In this document: positions 23,771 through 36,680 of the stretch, piece after piece
Layout of the letters: the number at the start of each line of letters is the position of its first letter
How positions within the stretch are numbered: the stretch's first letter is position 1
Source of the DNA: Octopus vulgaris
Taxonomy: Eukaryota
DNA: 64,000 nt
Direction of reading: 5' to 3'
NCBI GenBank assembly: GCA_951406725.2
Contig: OX597815.1
Coordinates: 178,684,001 to 178,748,000, forward strand
Notes under the pieces: model-generated
Told to the model about the DNA's origin: nothing
Seen by the model: only the letters and a program-made list of their open reading frames with translations
Databases searched by the model: none
Translations under genes and position numbers: made by a program

Positions 23771-25046
23771 TTACCTTACCTCATGTATATTTTTTAAGAC
23801 AGTAGGACATAACAGGAGGAAGATTTGGTGGCTATTCCAAGCAGATCAAGCGACCACATTAGGACCCTTCCCTCACTGGCTTGTACAAGTAATGTTATTG
23901 AGGCAGCTGACCGGCAGAGGACAGGGGAATCAGGAGAGTGTCAAAGCATTCGGCGACAGTTATTTCCCTTCACATTCTGAGTTCAAAGCCAAGCTGGCAG
24001 GATTTATCATTACACATTCTTTGTGGGTCACTGAATTAGCATAATTGATTGAATTAACAAGCTCTCTCTCCTTGTACCAATGTGAGAAATCATTATTGCA
24101 GCAGATGTAGTTGTGCTATTAAGTTCTCAGTGAACAGATGTCAATGGTGTTAAAAGACATACTTTACACTCGTTTCAAATTTTGGCAGAAAGCCCACAAT
24201 TTCAGGGGGAGAGGTAAGTCAATTACATCACCCCCAGGGCTCAACTGGTACCCTCTTTATCTACTCCGAAAGGACGAAAGGCCAAGTCGGTCCCAACAGC
24301 AATTGAGCTCAGAATGTAAAACAGACAAAATGCTCCTAAGCATTTCGCACGATGTGTTAATGATTCTGCCAGCTCATCACCTCAGGAGATACTTTATATT
24401 GTTACTGAAATTCTTAACCCAAGAAAATTCCCTCCACCCATCACCAGAGGGGGTAAATTTAAGGATTTCAATGAAGAGATTACTTTTAGGCTAAACATTT
24501 CTTTACAGCTCTATATTTGAGATATGAGCAATTATGTACAGTATCTAGATTTGACGGATATTTGTCATCATCTTCTTTCTTGTGAACACGTTTCGGTTGA
24601 TATACGTATGTATAGAAGACCTTGAGGCATTGATGCTGGACTGAGAAGTGTGGCGGCTGGGTTATGTTGCCGTGGCCTAGGTTGGAACCTGGCCCTAATC
24701 TTTTATTCTTTCACTTGTTCCAGTCATTGGATTGCAGCCATGCGTGTGTATCCTTGTGTCTGTACTTGTCCTTCACCATCGCTTGACAACCGGTGTTGGT
24801 TTATTTATGCTCCCATAACTTAGCAGTTCACCAAAATGCAACTAATAGAATACATATGAGGCTTTACAAAATAGAAAAAATATAATGGGGGGGTCGATTC
24901 ATTCAACTAAACCATTGAAGGCAGTACTCCAGCATGGCCACAGTCCGATGAATGAGACATGTAAAAGCTAAATCAATTAAACTACTACAACATAATAAAA
25001 TGAAAAAATAAAATATTTGAAAAAAAGTAGAAAAAGAAAATCTTAC

Positions 25047-25116
25047 CAGATAAATCATCCGATTCTGTGGAATTGCATTTATCGTCTGACTTGAGTGGCA
25101 CGAAAACTGAATCACC
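25047..25116 (-). CDS. SLC35F5: SLC35F5 coding exon 4
   Basis: ttttctcctccag|GGT...CTG|gtaaga. GDSVFVPLKSDDKCNSTESDDLS resembles recalled human SEPLYVPVKFHD. 70 nt, phase 0-1. Confidence 0.85.
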
Positions 25117-25284
25117 CTGGAGGAGAAAATAAAAATAAGAGTAACTTAAGTTTTACAATAAATTGATTAAGAAGAGTGTTGTAATTTACTTGAAGCATTG
25201 TAGTACAGAAGTAGAATAGTAAATGAAATGAGGAAAGCTTCAAAGAATGCAGAGTGTTTTTTTTAAAAAAACCTTTATATTTGG

Positions 25285-25420
25285 GTTGTGTCTGGGAAGA
25301 GACATTTTCTTTTTGTGCCTTATAATGTAACACACTTATTGGTAAAATTTCCACTTATTTCTTATTTTTATTTTCCTAAAATTTTAGTTGCATCTTGCAA
25401 CCTTTTCAATAGTCTTGACT
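25285..25420 (+). repeat. Unclassified interspersed repeat, second copy at about 41873-42010
   Basis: GTTGTGTCTGGG..GAG.CATTTTCTTTTTGTGCCTTATAAT...CTTGCAACCTTTTCAATAGT occurs at both loci. Confidence 0.75.
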
Positions 25421-25977
25421 CTCTTTATATTTTGGGTTATCCAAAATGGCAGGGAATTATGTAAACATACATTTCTTTGACTGTATTCTACTAGAGATAG
25501 GCCTTTGCGTCTGATATATAAAGGTTTTTCTTAAACTTTCTGCATTATTGGCAGCAAACTTCTTATCTTACCACACAGCCATGCCTGCACCAATGTGCAC
25601 TGTGCATGCACAAAAATGTACATATCTGTGCAGATAGGTGTGAAAATGTCAATGAAAGGAGAGAGGAGGAAACTGGAGAAGATAGAAGGTACAAGAGAGG
25701 TGTGAAATCGTTCTCCTCATCATCGTTGTCGTCGTTTAACGTCCGTTTTCCATGCTGGCATGGGTTGGATGGCTTGAATGAGGGGTGGCAAGCCGGGAGG
25801 CTGCACCAGGCTCCAATCTGATCTGGCAAGGTTTCTACAGCTGGATGCCCTTACTAATGCCAAAATATAGAATGTTTTGGGCAGGACTAGACAAGAAATT
25901 GGGGAGGAAAGAGAAGAGGGGAAAGAAAATGAATAACTGAATCTTTTATTATTTGCAGGATATTGAAAAAGGCTCAC

Positions 25978-26034
25978 CAATAGCTTGTCCACTTCAATGG
26001 GGTGTTCTTCAACAGGTTCAAATCTAGGAAGAGT
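25978..26034 (-). CDS. SLC35F5: SLC35F5 coding exon 3 (cytoplasmic loop, poorly conserved)
   Basis: tttcag|ACT...TTG|gtgagc, 57 nt, open and phase 0-0 (TLPRFEPVEEHPIEVDKLL). It fits between exons 2 and 4, but sequence similarity is weak. Confidence 0.7.
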
Positions 26035-28807
26035 CTGAAATAAATAATTGTCATTGTTAATGATAACGATAATGATTTCTGAAATTAGTAAAAGACTAAT
26101 GAGTTTTTGAAAAGAACATAATTAAATCAAGCTCAGTATTTCACTGCTACCATTTTATCAGATGCTAGAGGAATGAATGTTGAAGTTGACAATGATGGAA
26201 TATCCCCATAACTAGGGGTTGGGGGGCAGAGGTACTAGAAAGCATTTTGTATGGCATCGATGATTCTGCCCAATGTAAGGATAAGAAATAGCTGGCTACT
26301 GTGGGATTTGAATTCAGAATATAGTGAGAGCACACAAATGAATTGAGAGAAAAGTTAGGTATAAGAGGGAAAAGAAAAGATTGTACTGGCACGTGTGACT
26401 TTACTTGTACTTGTGATGGCGTTCAGCCAGGGCGGGTTGAGCCAGCTTCTTCTCTGGTCCTAACAGCATCACGAACCATGGTGTCCCACGCTCAACGGTC
26501 CCGTGCGAGGTCACTAGAGATAGCGAGCCATTCACGGTTCCATCTGTGCAGACCGACCACCTGCGGACCTGAGAGTTCGGAGAGGTCCTCTTTTATCGTT
26601 GTTACCCAGGTTTTCAGCTGCCCGCGTGTGACGCATATGGAGGATGTCAGTTATATACTAAGTGTCAAGTGGAAGAGGGAATTCTGGGAAGATATGGAGT
26701 AAAATAGCGAAGACTGATTTCTTAAGAACTAAAGAAGATGATAACAAAGGAAGGCCATGACAATGTGATATGCCAAGTTGAAGAAGACCCATCAAACCCC
26801 TGTGAGTATGGTAACACAGATATCAAAACCGGTGATGGTGGGAGGTTAGGAAGTGTTATATTGTACATTTGGGTCTCGCCCTCCCTCCATATTTAGGTCC
26901 CCATCTACTACCAGTCTACGCTCTTCATGTTCTGCCCGTATCCATCACCCTCTCTTCTAATTATTGCATCACATCCTTATTGCACCACTTGCTTAACAAA
27001 TGATAGCAATGGATCTTCTGTCTATATCCAATACCCCTACCATCAAGCACCTCCTCTCTCTTTCCCCTATAACTCATTGATACTCCCCCCCCTCTCTCTC
27101 TCTCACATCATGCAACTCTTCTGCTCTGCATCATTGCCTTTCCTTTTCTTACAATCAATCTCTCCAAAGTTGTGATTTTCAACCGTTTTAATATCTGGGC
27201 CAGATCCAAAACATGGATCTTTTTTTAAGGGGCTCATTTAAGAGTACCTTCAATCATTGGGCTTGCAAAGACCTATTGAGATAAGTGAAGTTGTTGTCGT
27301 GGCTGATGACAGTACTGCCTGATTGGCACCTGTGCCAGTGGCACGTAAAAAGCACCATTCGAGCGTGATCATGGCCAATGCCACCAGACTGGCCCCTATG
27401 CCGGTGGCACATAAAAAGCACAATCCAAGTGTGACCGATGCCAGTACAGCTTGACTGGCCCTCATGCTGGTGGCATGTAAAAAGCACTCACTACATTCTC
27501 AGAGTGGTTGGTGTTAGGAAGGGCATCCAGCTGTAAAAACATTGCCAGATCAGACTGGAGCCTGGTGCAGCCTTCTGGCTCACCAGCCCTCAGTCAAACT
27601 GTCCAACCCAATACCAGCATGGAAGGCAGACATTAAACGATGCAAAGGCGGTGAGCTGGCAGAAAACATTAGCACGCCAGGTGAAATGCTTAACGGTATT
27701 TCGTCTGCCGTTACGTTCTGAGTTCAAATTCCGCCGAAGTCGACTTTGCCTTTCATCCTTTCGGGGTCGATAAATTAAGTACCAGTTACGCACTGGGGTT
27801 GATGTAATCGACTTAATCCCTTTGTATGTCCTTGTTTGTCCCCTCTATGTTTAGCCCCTTGTGGGCAATAAAAAAAAAAAAAGACATTAAACGATGATGA
27901 TGATGATGATGATGGGCCACACCAAAAAGTAAAGCACAAAGAAAATTTATACTCATAGACGGAAAACTGTCAGAAGGATGCTCAAGGGCCAAATACAGTC
28001 CTAGGGCAGTAGTTGAGGAGGGCTGTTCTACACACATTACTCCTTCCTTTATCACTCAGTGTTGATGTCTACCACTTTTTATCTTCCAGCATCCTGCTTA
28101 CCTCTCTCCATTCACTCTTTACCTCCATCACACCACAAATACCATATTGCTACTCAATCCCCCACCCCCCGCCAACAAGCATGTCACTGCCCATCACTGT
28201 CTCCTTCCATTCTTCCCTCCTCTCACTTCTAGAACTTTCTCCTTTCATACTCTTCTCTTACCATCACCATCCCGATTTTCTCTTCTATCCACCTTTTCAG
28301 TCATGTTGCCTTGAGATAGCAAAGACAATGCAAGACAGAGAGGATATTTTTGGGTCCTTCTGGGTACAAGGTAACCCCTCTCGTACTCAGCACCACAATA
28401 GAATGTACACAGTGTACGCTGTATGGCAAACACATGGAGACAATGTAGGGTAGAGAAAACAGTCTTGCTGAGAACAAGGGACCTTTCTAGATCCCACAGT
28501 CGGTTTGGGGTTGGTTTCTACAGCTGGATGCCCTTCCTGATGCCAACCACTTTACAGAATACTCCACTGGGTGATTTCTATGTGGCACTGGCATAGGTGC
28601 CTTTTACATAAGCAATCCCAGTACATTAGTGGAGAAATGTCTAAAGTCAAACTTGCAAACAGCTATATTTATCTTGGGTCTTTTAAAGAGAATTTAAGAT
28701 GAGTCTGTCAGCTGCCAAAAACATCAGATATAGAAATTAATTTGAAATGTGATGAAATGTTCTTGCAAACATCACATTTTACTGAAGATTCTAAAGGCTG
28801 TTCTATG

Positions 28808-29362
28808 AGCATATGGCGTAGTGGTTAAGAGTGTGGGCTACTAGCCCCAAGATTCCGAGTTTGATTCCAGGCAGTGACCTGAATAATAATAACATCAAAT
28901 AATACCTTAGGAACGATAACACAGGTTTGAAATTTCCCTAAGACACCTGATGAAGGCTGGGGGGTATATCAGCCAAAACATCATCATCATCATCGTTTAA
29001 CATCTGCTCTCCATGCTAGCATGGGTTGGACGATTTGACTGAGGGCTAGCGAACCAGATGGCTGCACCAGGCGCCAGTCTTGATCTGGCAGAGTTTCTAC
29101 AGCTGGATGCCCTTCCTAACGCCAACCACTTCGAGAGTGTAGTGGGTGCTTTTACGTGCCAGTCAGGCGGTACTGGCGACGACCTCGCTCGAATCTTTTT
29201 ACACATGCCAACGGCACAGGTGCCAGTAAGGCGACGTTGGTAACGATCCCACTCGAATGGTGCCTCTTACATGCCACAGGCACGGAAGCCAGTTAGCCAC
29301 TCTGGTTGTGTTAACAACAAACAAGACGAGGACAAATATCTGTCATATGTAAATAATGTAAA
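28808..29362 (+). mobile_element. tRNA-head/hammerhead element arm interrupted by an RTE-type insertion at 28981-29305
   Basis: Head GCATATGGCGTAGTGGTTAAGAG..., HHR 5' half up to 28980, resuming as TTGTGTTAACAACAAACAAG at 29306. Confidence 0.8.
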
Positions 29363-30973
29363 TCTAAAAGCTGTTGCCCACAAAAGGATTTGAACCCAGC
29401 ACTGTAAGGAAAAGACAAGATTTGCTAACTACACACAATGATTTCGGTGCATTCAGGAGTATGTTGGCCTTGCTTGCCTGTCGTCTGTTTACATCAAGCT
29501 AGACAGACACAAGAACAGCTAAAGAGATTAGTGAAAGACACAGCAGTTATGATGATGTGATAGGAACTGCTGACTCTACAGCCTAGAACTAGCAAGCTGC
29601 TGTTTTGGTTAGCTGCTGTAGAATAGCCACATAACAGTAAATAAGTGGGAGAAAAGGAAAAAAAAAACAAAAAACAACAGTGACAACTCTATATAAAGAG
29701 ACTTTTTTATGTAGCAGTATTATTTCCTTTTTCAGTATAATTATTGATTTTTTTTTTCTTCCAGTAACACCATTCTGTGTTGTGTCATTCATTTGACAGA
29801 CATTTGTGACATTCATTATTATAGCAATGAACAGCTAGAATCGTTAAAAAGGAATATCCCAACAAAATAATAGTCAAATGAATGGAACCCAAAAGAGAGG
29901 AAAGAATATCGTCTCTGTTCTGTTTTTCTTTATCAGCTTCAATTATTTTTTTTTCTTCTTATCAGGAGTTTGACTTGCTAGAAACAGAAGCCAAATCTTC
30001 TAACCACACTTTACCATTTAAAAATAAGGCAAGTCATTGGATAAATTGGTCTTACATAGGCCTAAAAAAAAAAAATCACAGTTGGATTGATTTGGACTGG
30101 TGCTCTGCGGGTTCTGATGACAAGGGTTCTAGTTGGTCCGATCAAGAGAATAGCCTGCTCATGAAATTAACATGCAACTGGCTGAGTACTCCACAGACAT
30201 GTAGTTCTCAGGGAGTACCAGCAGGACACAGAATGTGACATGACTGGCCCTTTTGAATTACTGGTACAACTCATTTCTGCTAGCTTACTCTTCTTGTTTC
30301 AGTCATGTGACTGTGGCCATACTGGAGCACCGCCTTTAGTCAAGCAATTCGACCCCAGGACTTATTCTTTGTAAGCCTAGTATTTATTCTATCGATCTCT
30401 TTTGCCGAACCGCTAAGTTACGGGGACATAAAACACACCAGTATCGGTTGTCAAGTGATGTTGGGCAGACAAACACAGACGCACAAACACACACACATAT
30501 ATATGCATATATACGACAGGCTTCTTTCAGTTTCCGTCTACCAAATCCACTCATAAGGCTTTGGTCGGCCTGAGGCTATAGTAGAAGACACTTGCCCAAG
30601 GTGCCACGCAGTGGGACTGAACTCAGAACCATGTGGTTCGTAAGCAAGCTACTTACCACACAGCCACTTCTACGTGGCCTAGTGGACTGGAGCAATGTGA
30701 AATAAAGTGTCTTGCTCAAGGACACAGCATGCTGCTGGTAATTAAACTCAGGACCTTACAATCGTAGGCAAACAACTTAACCACTAAGCTACTTAATATT
30801 CTTCCCTTTCACATTTCTTTTATGGTAAACCAATTCCCTTTCAGTCCCTCGCCCCTGTTGTTTATGTCATTCGTATCCAAGGTTATTATGGAAAGATTAT
30901 CATATCCACTTCTTTTGCGATAATAATCCTTTGATTTTCTTCTTTCCATCTGCTTCTTTCTGACCATCTTTAA

Positions 30974-31194
30974 CCCTTTCATTACTGTATTTATTTTGAG
31001 ATGCTCCGTATTTCTTTCAATTAATTTTTAAAATAACAAATAATTTAATAAAATAACTTAGTTATCATTCAGCTAGTGTTAGGAACCTTAATTGTGACTA
31101 AGGTTTGGTGGAAGATTTTAATTCAAAACTTATGAAAACAAGACATTTGTACTTAGAGCCAGAGGTGGTTTCAGCCAGGTTAGTTTCAAAAGGG
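30974..31194. mobile_element. piggyBac-type MITE family A
   Basis: TTAA|CCCTTT...AAAGGG|TTAA. Other copies: 16355-16557, 16578-16728, 31226-31441, 36724-36943, partial from about 49450. Confidence 0.85.
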
Positions 31195-31225
31195 TTAAGA
31201 ATTGTGTCTCTATTATATATTTTAA

Positions 31226-31441
31226 CCCTTTTATTACCATATTTCTGTTGAGATGCTCTGTGTTTCTTTCAATTGATTTTAAATATAACAAAGAATTTAG
31301 TAAAATAACTTAGTTATCATTAAGCTAGTGTTAGGAATATTAATTGTGACTAAGGTTTGGTGGAAGATTTTAATTCAAAACTTATGAAAACAAGACATTT
31401 GTACTACAGAGCCAGTTTCAGCCGGGTTCGTAATGAAAGGG
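31226..31441. mobile_element. piggyBac-type MITE family A
   Basis: TTAA TSDs and CCC...GGG termini; near-identical to 30974-31194. Confidence 0.85.
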
Positions 31442-31512
31442 TTAAAGGGCTGACTTCCTCTGGAATCAAAACGGATTCACAGAAGGAAACCCAGACAATT
31501 GTTTTACTTTAA

Positions 31513-31732
31513 CCCTTTAGTGTTTAAACTGGCTGTATCCGGCCCAAATATTCTACACATTTTATGCTCAAACTGGCCAGAACATGCATCTCACACCTAC
31601 CCTGCAATGTCATTCTAAAAATAAGCAATAACATCTTTCCTATCTTGAAGGTACAAAATAATATCAGATAAATTTTTTTAAATGTGAATAAATAAGGGTT
31701 ACTGTTGACAAATTAATCTGAATGCTAAAGGG
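31513..31732. mobile_element. piggyBac-type MITE family B
   Basis: TTAA|CCCTTTAG...CTAAAGGG|TTAA. Other copies: 14977-15195, 34143-34359, about 42368-42589, and about 63887 to the window end. Confidence 0.85.
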
Positions 31733-32267
31733 TTAAATAATCCCAATATGTAAAAATAAGTCAGCTTTTCTTGGGAAATGTTTCGTACTTAACTGTTTTA
31801 CATACAGCTTTGAACCGTAGGATATGTCATGGCATACTAATTGTTTTAAAGGAAAGAAATTATTCTGAAGAGTGAACGGACATAAGACAAAACAGCAGAT
31901 TATGGTATTAGAGTCATTGGAGATTAATGCTAATCCACGTGCCCAGGTTACGTTCAATGTGGTCTTTTATTTGCTAAACAATATCCAGCAACCTTAGCTG
32001 GAACTGGAAACGGGAAAATCAAAGAAAAACAAAAATGAAATACAAAACAATATTAATGAATTATTGCTCATACTAATAAGAAGCAACCGTTCTTTGCTTT
32101 TATGAGTTATCAGATGCTACAGGTAGCATCTGAATTGGAGTTACATCCTCGAGAACGATTCTTGCTGGATCTTCATTTAACCCCAAGTTAAGCCACACAG
32201 AGTTTTGCCTTTCTCGTCAGAATTGTGAGTGACGGACGTCAATCACTGTGTTTCTAAAAAAAGCAGT

Positions 32268-32415
32268 TTAGGAAGGAAGGAGGGAGGGAGGGAGGAAGGA
32301 AAGAAAGAAAGGAAGGAAGGAAAGAAGCAATGAAGGAAAGAAGGAAGGAAGGAAGGAAGGAAAGATAGGAAGGAAAAAAGAAAGCAGTTTAGGAAAGAAA
32401 GAAAGAAAGAAAGAA
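32268..32415 (+). repeat. (GGAA)n/(GAAA)n polypurine tract
   Basis: Almost pure purine run of about 150 bp. Confidence 0.9.
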
Positions 32416-32454
32416 ACCAATTAAATATCCCAAGTGGAACACTATTGTACATAC

Positions 32455-32586
32455 TTTACTGTTCCGGCTGCACTGTTGTCTCCAGGGCTTCAAAACCAGG
32501 AAACCCAACAGGTATACCATAAACATTGCAGACTTTGCATATGCTATGAAGAATGGCTTGATGTAATGCTCTTGTTTAAAGATATA
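32455..32586 (-). CDS. SLC35F5: SLC35F5 coding exon 2
   Basis: YIFKQEHYIKPFFIAYAKSAMFMVYLLGFLVLKPWRQQCSRNSK, matching recalled human [30 protein letters not shown]. ttttgcag acceptor, AAA|gtatgt donor, 132 nt, phase 0-0. Confidence 0.95.
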
Positions 32587-32875
32587 CTGCAAAAGAAGAA
32601 GAAGAAACGGACAAGGATGAATTCATTAGACCATAACATATTGGGTGATTTCTGATTGCTATTTACGAGTAAGCTATCAGCCCCAAGGAAACCTGATGGG
32701 TTTTCTTTGAGCCAATAAACTGGAAGCAATTCAACAATCCGACGTCAGGATGATTTCAAGATGCAACTAATTAATGGGAGAAGTTGGAGAGTTTACAACA
32801 ACAACGAGAAACAAAGAAAGAAAATATATGCCGTGATTTCATTATCATCGTTTAACGTCCATTTTCTGTGCTGGC

Positions 32876-33290
32876 ATCATCATCATCATCATCATTGTTC
32901 GACCGTGGTCGAAACAATGGAATTTACTATGTTACACCAGACTTCACGGTCCATCATAGCATTACGGAGGTCCTGTTGCTGGATACCTGTATCCCTGGAG
33001 ATTACGTCAGGGTAGGAGAGTGTGGCACCATCTGGTATCGCGAGTAGATGGCTTCCAGAGGAGAAGGGTAGAAATTGCCTCGTTTTCAGCTCTACAACAA
33101 TGTCCAGCAAATTGGACTCTTCTACCTTTCACAAGAGATGATACAGGTGGGAATTTCCCATATATTTGTACTTTGGTTGGATGATGCTTCCACGAGAGAT
33201 TTTAAGCTCTCATAAGGAGGCGAGTGTAAGTTCCATCCAACCGCCTCTCAAGCTTCTTTGATAACGTCCATTGGTTCGACTGTCCAACCA
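32876..33290 (-). mobile_element. RTE-type LINE 3' fragment with (TGA)n tail, inserted in another repeat
   Basis: YPDVISRDTG...DLRNAMMDREVWCNIV* resembles an RTE C-terminus. It is flanked on both sides by halves of a (GAT)n-tailed repeat. Confidence 0.7.
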
Positions 33291-35436
33291 TGCTGGCATG
33301 GGTTGGACAGTTTGACAAGAGCTAGCAAGATAGAGAGCTGCACCAGGCCCCAACTGTCCGTTTTGGCATGGTTTCTATGATTGGATGCGCTTCCTAACAC
33401 CCACCACTTTACAGAGTATACTGGGGACCATTTACATGGCACCAGCACTGGTGAGCTTTGTACATGGCACCAGCACAGGGGCTTTTTACATGATTTGAAA
33501 AACCTGAGGACTAGCATCAAATTCTAGCACTCTTTGAGGTGAAAGTACTAGGTAGTGCCATGCAAAGTAAGAAAACTTCTGGCTTCTCCACCCTGGGTTA
33601 GGATAAGATATCGTAATACTGGAGTTTAATGGAATAAAGCTCTTCGTTATCATCCAACAGAAAGAAAGGACTAACCAGAATGTCGTTTCACTCAGACACT
33701 AGTAGAAAATTAGACTGTAAGATCTCAGTAAAGACACAAGGGGAGGGGGAGATCAAACTCTCTTAATCACATCATCATCATCGTTTAACGTCCGCTTTCC
33801 ATACTAGCATGGGTTGGACGATTTTGACGAATCAGATGGCTGCACCAGGCTCCAATCTTGATCTGGCAGGGTTTCTACAGCTGGATGCCCTTCCTAACAC
33901 CAACCACTCCGAGAGTGTAGTGGGTGCTTTTTACATGACACTGGCACGGGAGCTAGTCAGGCGGTACTGGCAATGACCTCGCTCAAATCTTTTTACACAT
34001 GCCACCGACACAGGTGCCAGTAAAGCGACGCTGGTAACGATCACACTCGAATAGTGCCTTTTACATGCCACCGGCATGGAAGCCAGTTAGCCGCTCTGGC
34101 AACGATCAAACTCGGTAAAAACAAAATATACAGCACTATTAACCCTTTAGCATTTAAACTGGCCACATCAGACCCAAATATTCTACCTGTTTAAGGTTCA
34201 AATTGACCAGATCCAGCCTCTCTTACAAATCCTATAATGTCATTCTAGAAATATACAATCACATTGAAATCTCAAAGCTACACAATAATGTATGATTAAT
34301 TCAAAGCAATGTGACTAAATAAGTATTGCATTTGACAGAATGTTCTGAATGCTGAAGGGTTAACCGAACTGCCCCAGCATGGCCACATGTTACTGGTTAA
34401 AACAACTTTTTATTAGCATTGTTTGGAAGCTTTACACAATTTCCTTTTGCAAGAACTTCAACCAGAGAGTGCAACCGATTTATGGATCGTTTTTATAAAT
34501 ACCAAAAACATCAAAATAACTCTTTTTCTCTTTTTTTTTTCTCTTTTACTTGTTTCAGTCATTTGACTGTGGCCATGCTGGAGCACCGCCTTTAGTCGAG
34601 GAAATCGACCCTGGGACTTATTCTTTGTAAGCCCAGTACTTATTATATTGGTCTCTTTTGCCAAACCGCTAAGTTACGGGGACGTAAACACACCAGCATC
34701 GGTTGTCAAGCAATGCTAGGGGGACAAACACAGACACACAAACACACACATATATATATATATATATATACATATATACAACAGGCTTCTTTCAGTTTCC
34801 GTCTACCAAATCCACTCACAAGGCATTGGTCGGCCCGGGGCTATAGCAGAAGACACTTGCCCAAGATGCCACGCTGTGGGACTGAACCCGGAACCATGTG
34901 GTTGGTTAGCAAGCTACTTACTACACAGCCACTCCTGCGCCTAAACTGTTTGGTTTCCTTTCTGTCTCGCCTTTAATTTGCCATATCATGTACCTAAGTT
35001 GTTTGTAACCTCAGACGTGCTTTCAAAACACCTACGCATTAAGCCAATGAGGGGAATTTCCACACACTTGTTCAACCTACTAGAAAAAAACCAAAATAAA
35101 AACAGGCAAATCTCTTTCAAGTAATACACTGATATCATATTAAAGACAAGGATCCATTGGAGAGGATGGTCCTTTTACACTGTGGTTGCTAGAAAAACAA
35201 AACAAAACAAGGTAAAAAAAACCGATTGTCAAAGCTGGTCTATTCAACTCTTTCATAACGTCTACTCTTTTACTCATTTTTGTTTCAGTCATGCGACTGT
35301 GGCCAAGCTGGAGCACCACCTTTAGTCAAACTAATCGACCCCAGGACTTATTCTTTGTAAGTCTAGTCTCTTTTGCTGAACAGCTAAATTAGGGCGACGT
35401 AAACACACCAACATCGGTTGTCAAGTGAAGGTGGAA

Positions 35437-35472
<36 letters not shown>

Positions 35473-35881
35473 CGGGCTTCTTTCGGTTTCCGACTACCAA
35501 ATCCACTCACAAGGCTTTGGTCAGCCTGAGGCTACAGTATAAGTCACTTGCCCAAGGTGCCATGCAGTGGACTGAACCCAGAACCATGTGGTTGGGAAGC
35601 AAGCTTCTCTTACCTACTAAAAACATAAAATATATCTTAGTAACTGAATATAATCTGCAAGAACAAATAATTTCACATTCCTCAGGATGAGAAGGAATAC
35701 AACAAACTAAAGAACACCGATGAGGTGGGGGGGGGGGGGTCACGTATGAAGTACTGGTGGTAAAAAGCACCCAGCCCACTCTGTAAAGTGGTTAGCATTA
35801 GGAAGGTTGTCCAGCCATAGAAACCATGCCAAAACAGACAATTTGAGCCCGGTGCAGTCTTCTGGCTTGTCAGTTCCTGTC

Positions 35882-36290
35882 TCGAGACAGCATTCACCCG
35901 GGGTGGGTTGAGCTGGCTTCATTCATCCTCAATGCTGCATCTCTCACAAACGCCGAGCAGACCTGGCGATTTGAGGCTAACGACCACGTGATCTCCAACC
36001 ACTCTTTATTCCAGTGGCTAACGCTGTAGATATGGGGGCCTAGGTTGGGTTCCACATCAGCCTTGACTGTCATCAGCCAGGTTTTTCGTTGTCCACCACA
36101 TCGCTTTCGCCAACCTTGAAAGGGAACTGGGGCAATTGCTTCGTAGGTGAATTCTCTTGGCTGATGACGGAGCGCATGACCCAGCCAACGCAGACGTCTC
36201 GTTAGGATGACTTGTCGGAGGGAGGTGATTCTGCACTGGTGTCGCACCGAATTGTTGGAGACAAAGTGATGCCAACAAAGTGTCTCCAGG
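35882..36290 (-). mobile_element. RTE-clade LINE 3' fragment
   Basis: RRLRWLGHALR...WRKRCGGQRKTWLMTVKADVE...LASNRQVC is the hallmark RTE ORF C-terminus. It is nested inside a (GAT)n-tailed repeat. Confidence 0.85.
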
Positions 36291-36555
36291 TCTTGTCCAA
36301 CCTCTGCCAGCATGGAAAACAGATGTTAAATGATAATGATGATGAAACTCACCTTCACCCCCACAATAATACACTAATATGGCAATTGAAATTAACAAGG
36401 ATCCATTGGAGAGGCTGGTCCTTTATATGGGACTTGAAAAGTGAGTAAAAGAAAATTGACAAAAAAAAACCAATCTTCTACATAAAACTTGAACATTCAA
36501 CACTTTGTGAGATAATAGGTTTAACAATATAAAGAAAGTGAAAGTGTGTGATTAC

Positions 36556-36660
36556 CTGAGTGAATTCTGATGAGGCCACCCATAAGATATTCACAACCAA
36601 CAGCACTACCACACCTAGGATTAACCTCTGCGGCTTTGACAATCCACTTAGCCTTAACAT
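36556..36660 (-). CDS. SLC35F5: SLC35F5 first identified coding exon (exon spans 36556-36695; ATG at 36660)
   Basis: MLRLSGLSKPQRLILGVVVLLVVNILWVASSEFTQ matches the SLC35F5 N-terminal motif (recalled human [20 protein letters not shown]). Acceptor ttcttttgtag at 36696-36697, GCCATG start context, donor CAG|gtaatc, phase 0. Confidence 0.93.
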
Positions 36661-36680
36661 GGCAGGCTTGAACGGCGCAT
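36654..36680 (-). promoter_or_regulatory. 8-codon upstream ORF overlapping the SLC35F5 ATG out of frame
   Basis: ATG CGC CGT TCA AGC CTG CCA TGT TAA (MRRSSLPC*) starts 20 nt before the main ATG, inside the same exon. Confidence 0.55.

Noticed and set aside
25471-25539. Possible SLC35F5 exon (EKPLYIRR resembles human SEPLYV)
   Set aside because: The phase-0 frame from the available acceptors hits stop codons, and 25047-25116 fits better.
32110-32133. Perfect 11-bp hairpin TCAGATGCTAC-AG-GTAGCATCTGA and a nearby CTGACGA on the minus strand
   Set aside because: The hairpin is too short to interpret, and the CTGACGA lacks a paired stem II and GAAA, so it is not called a hammerhead.
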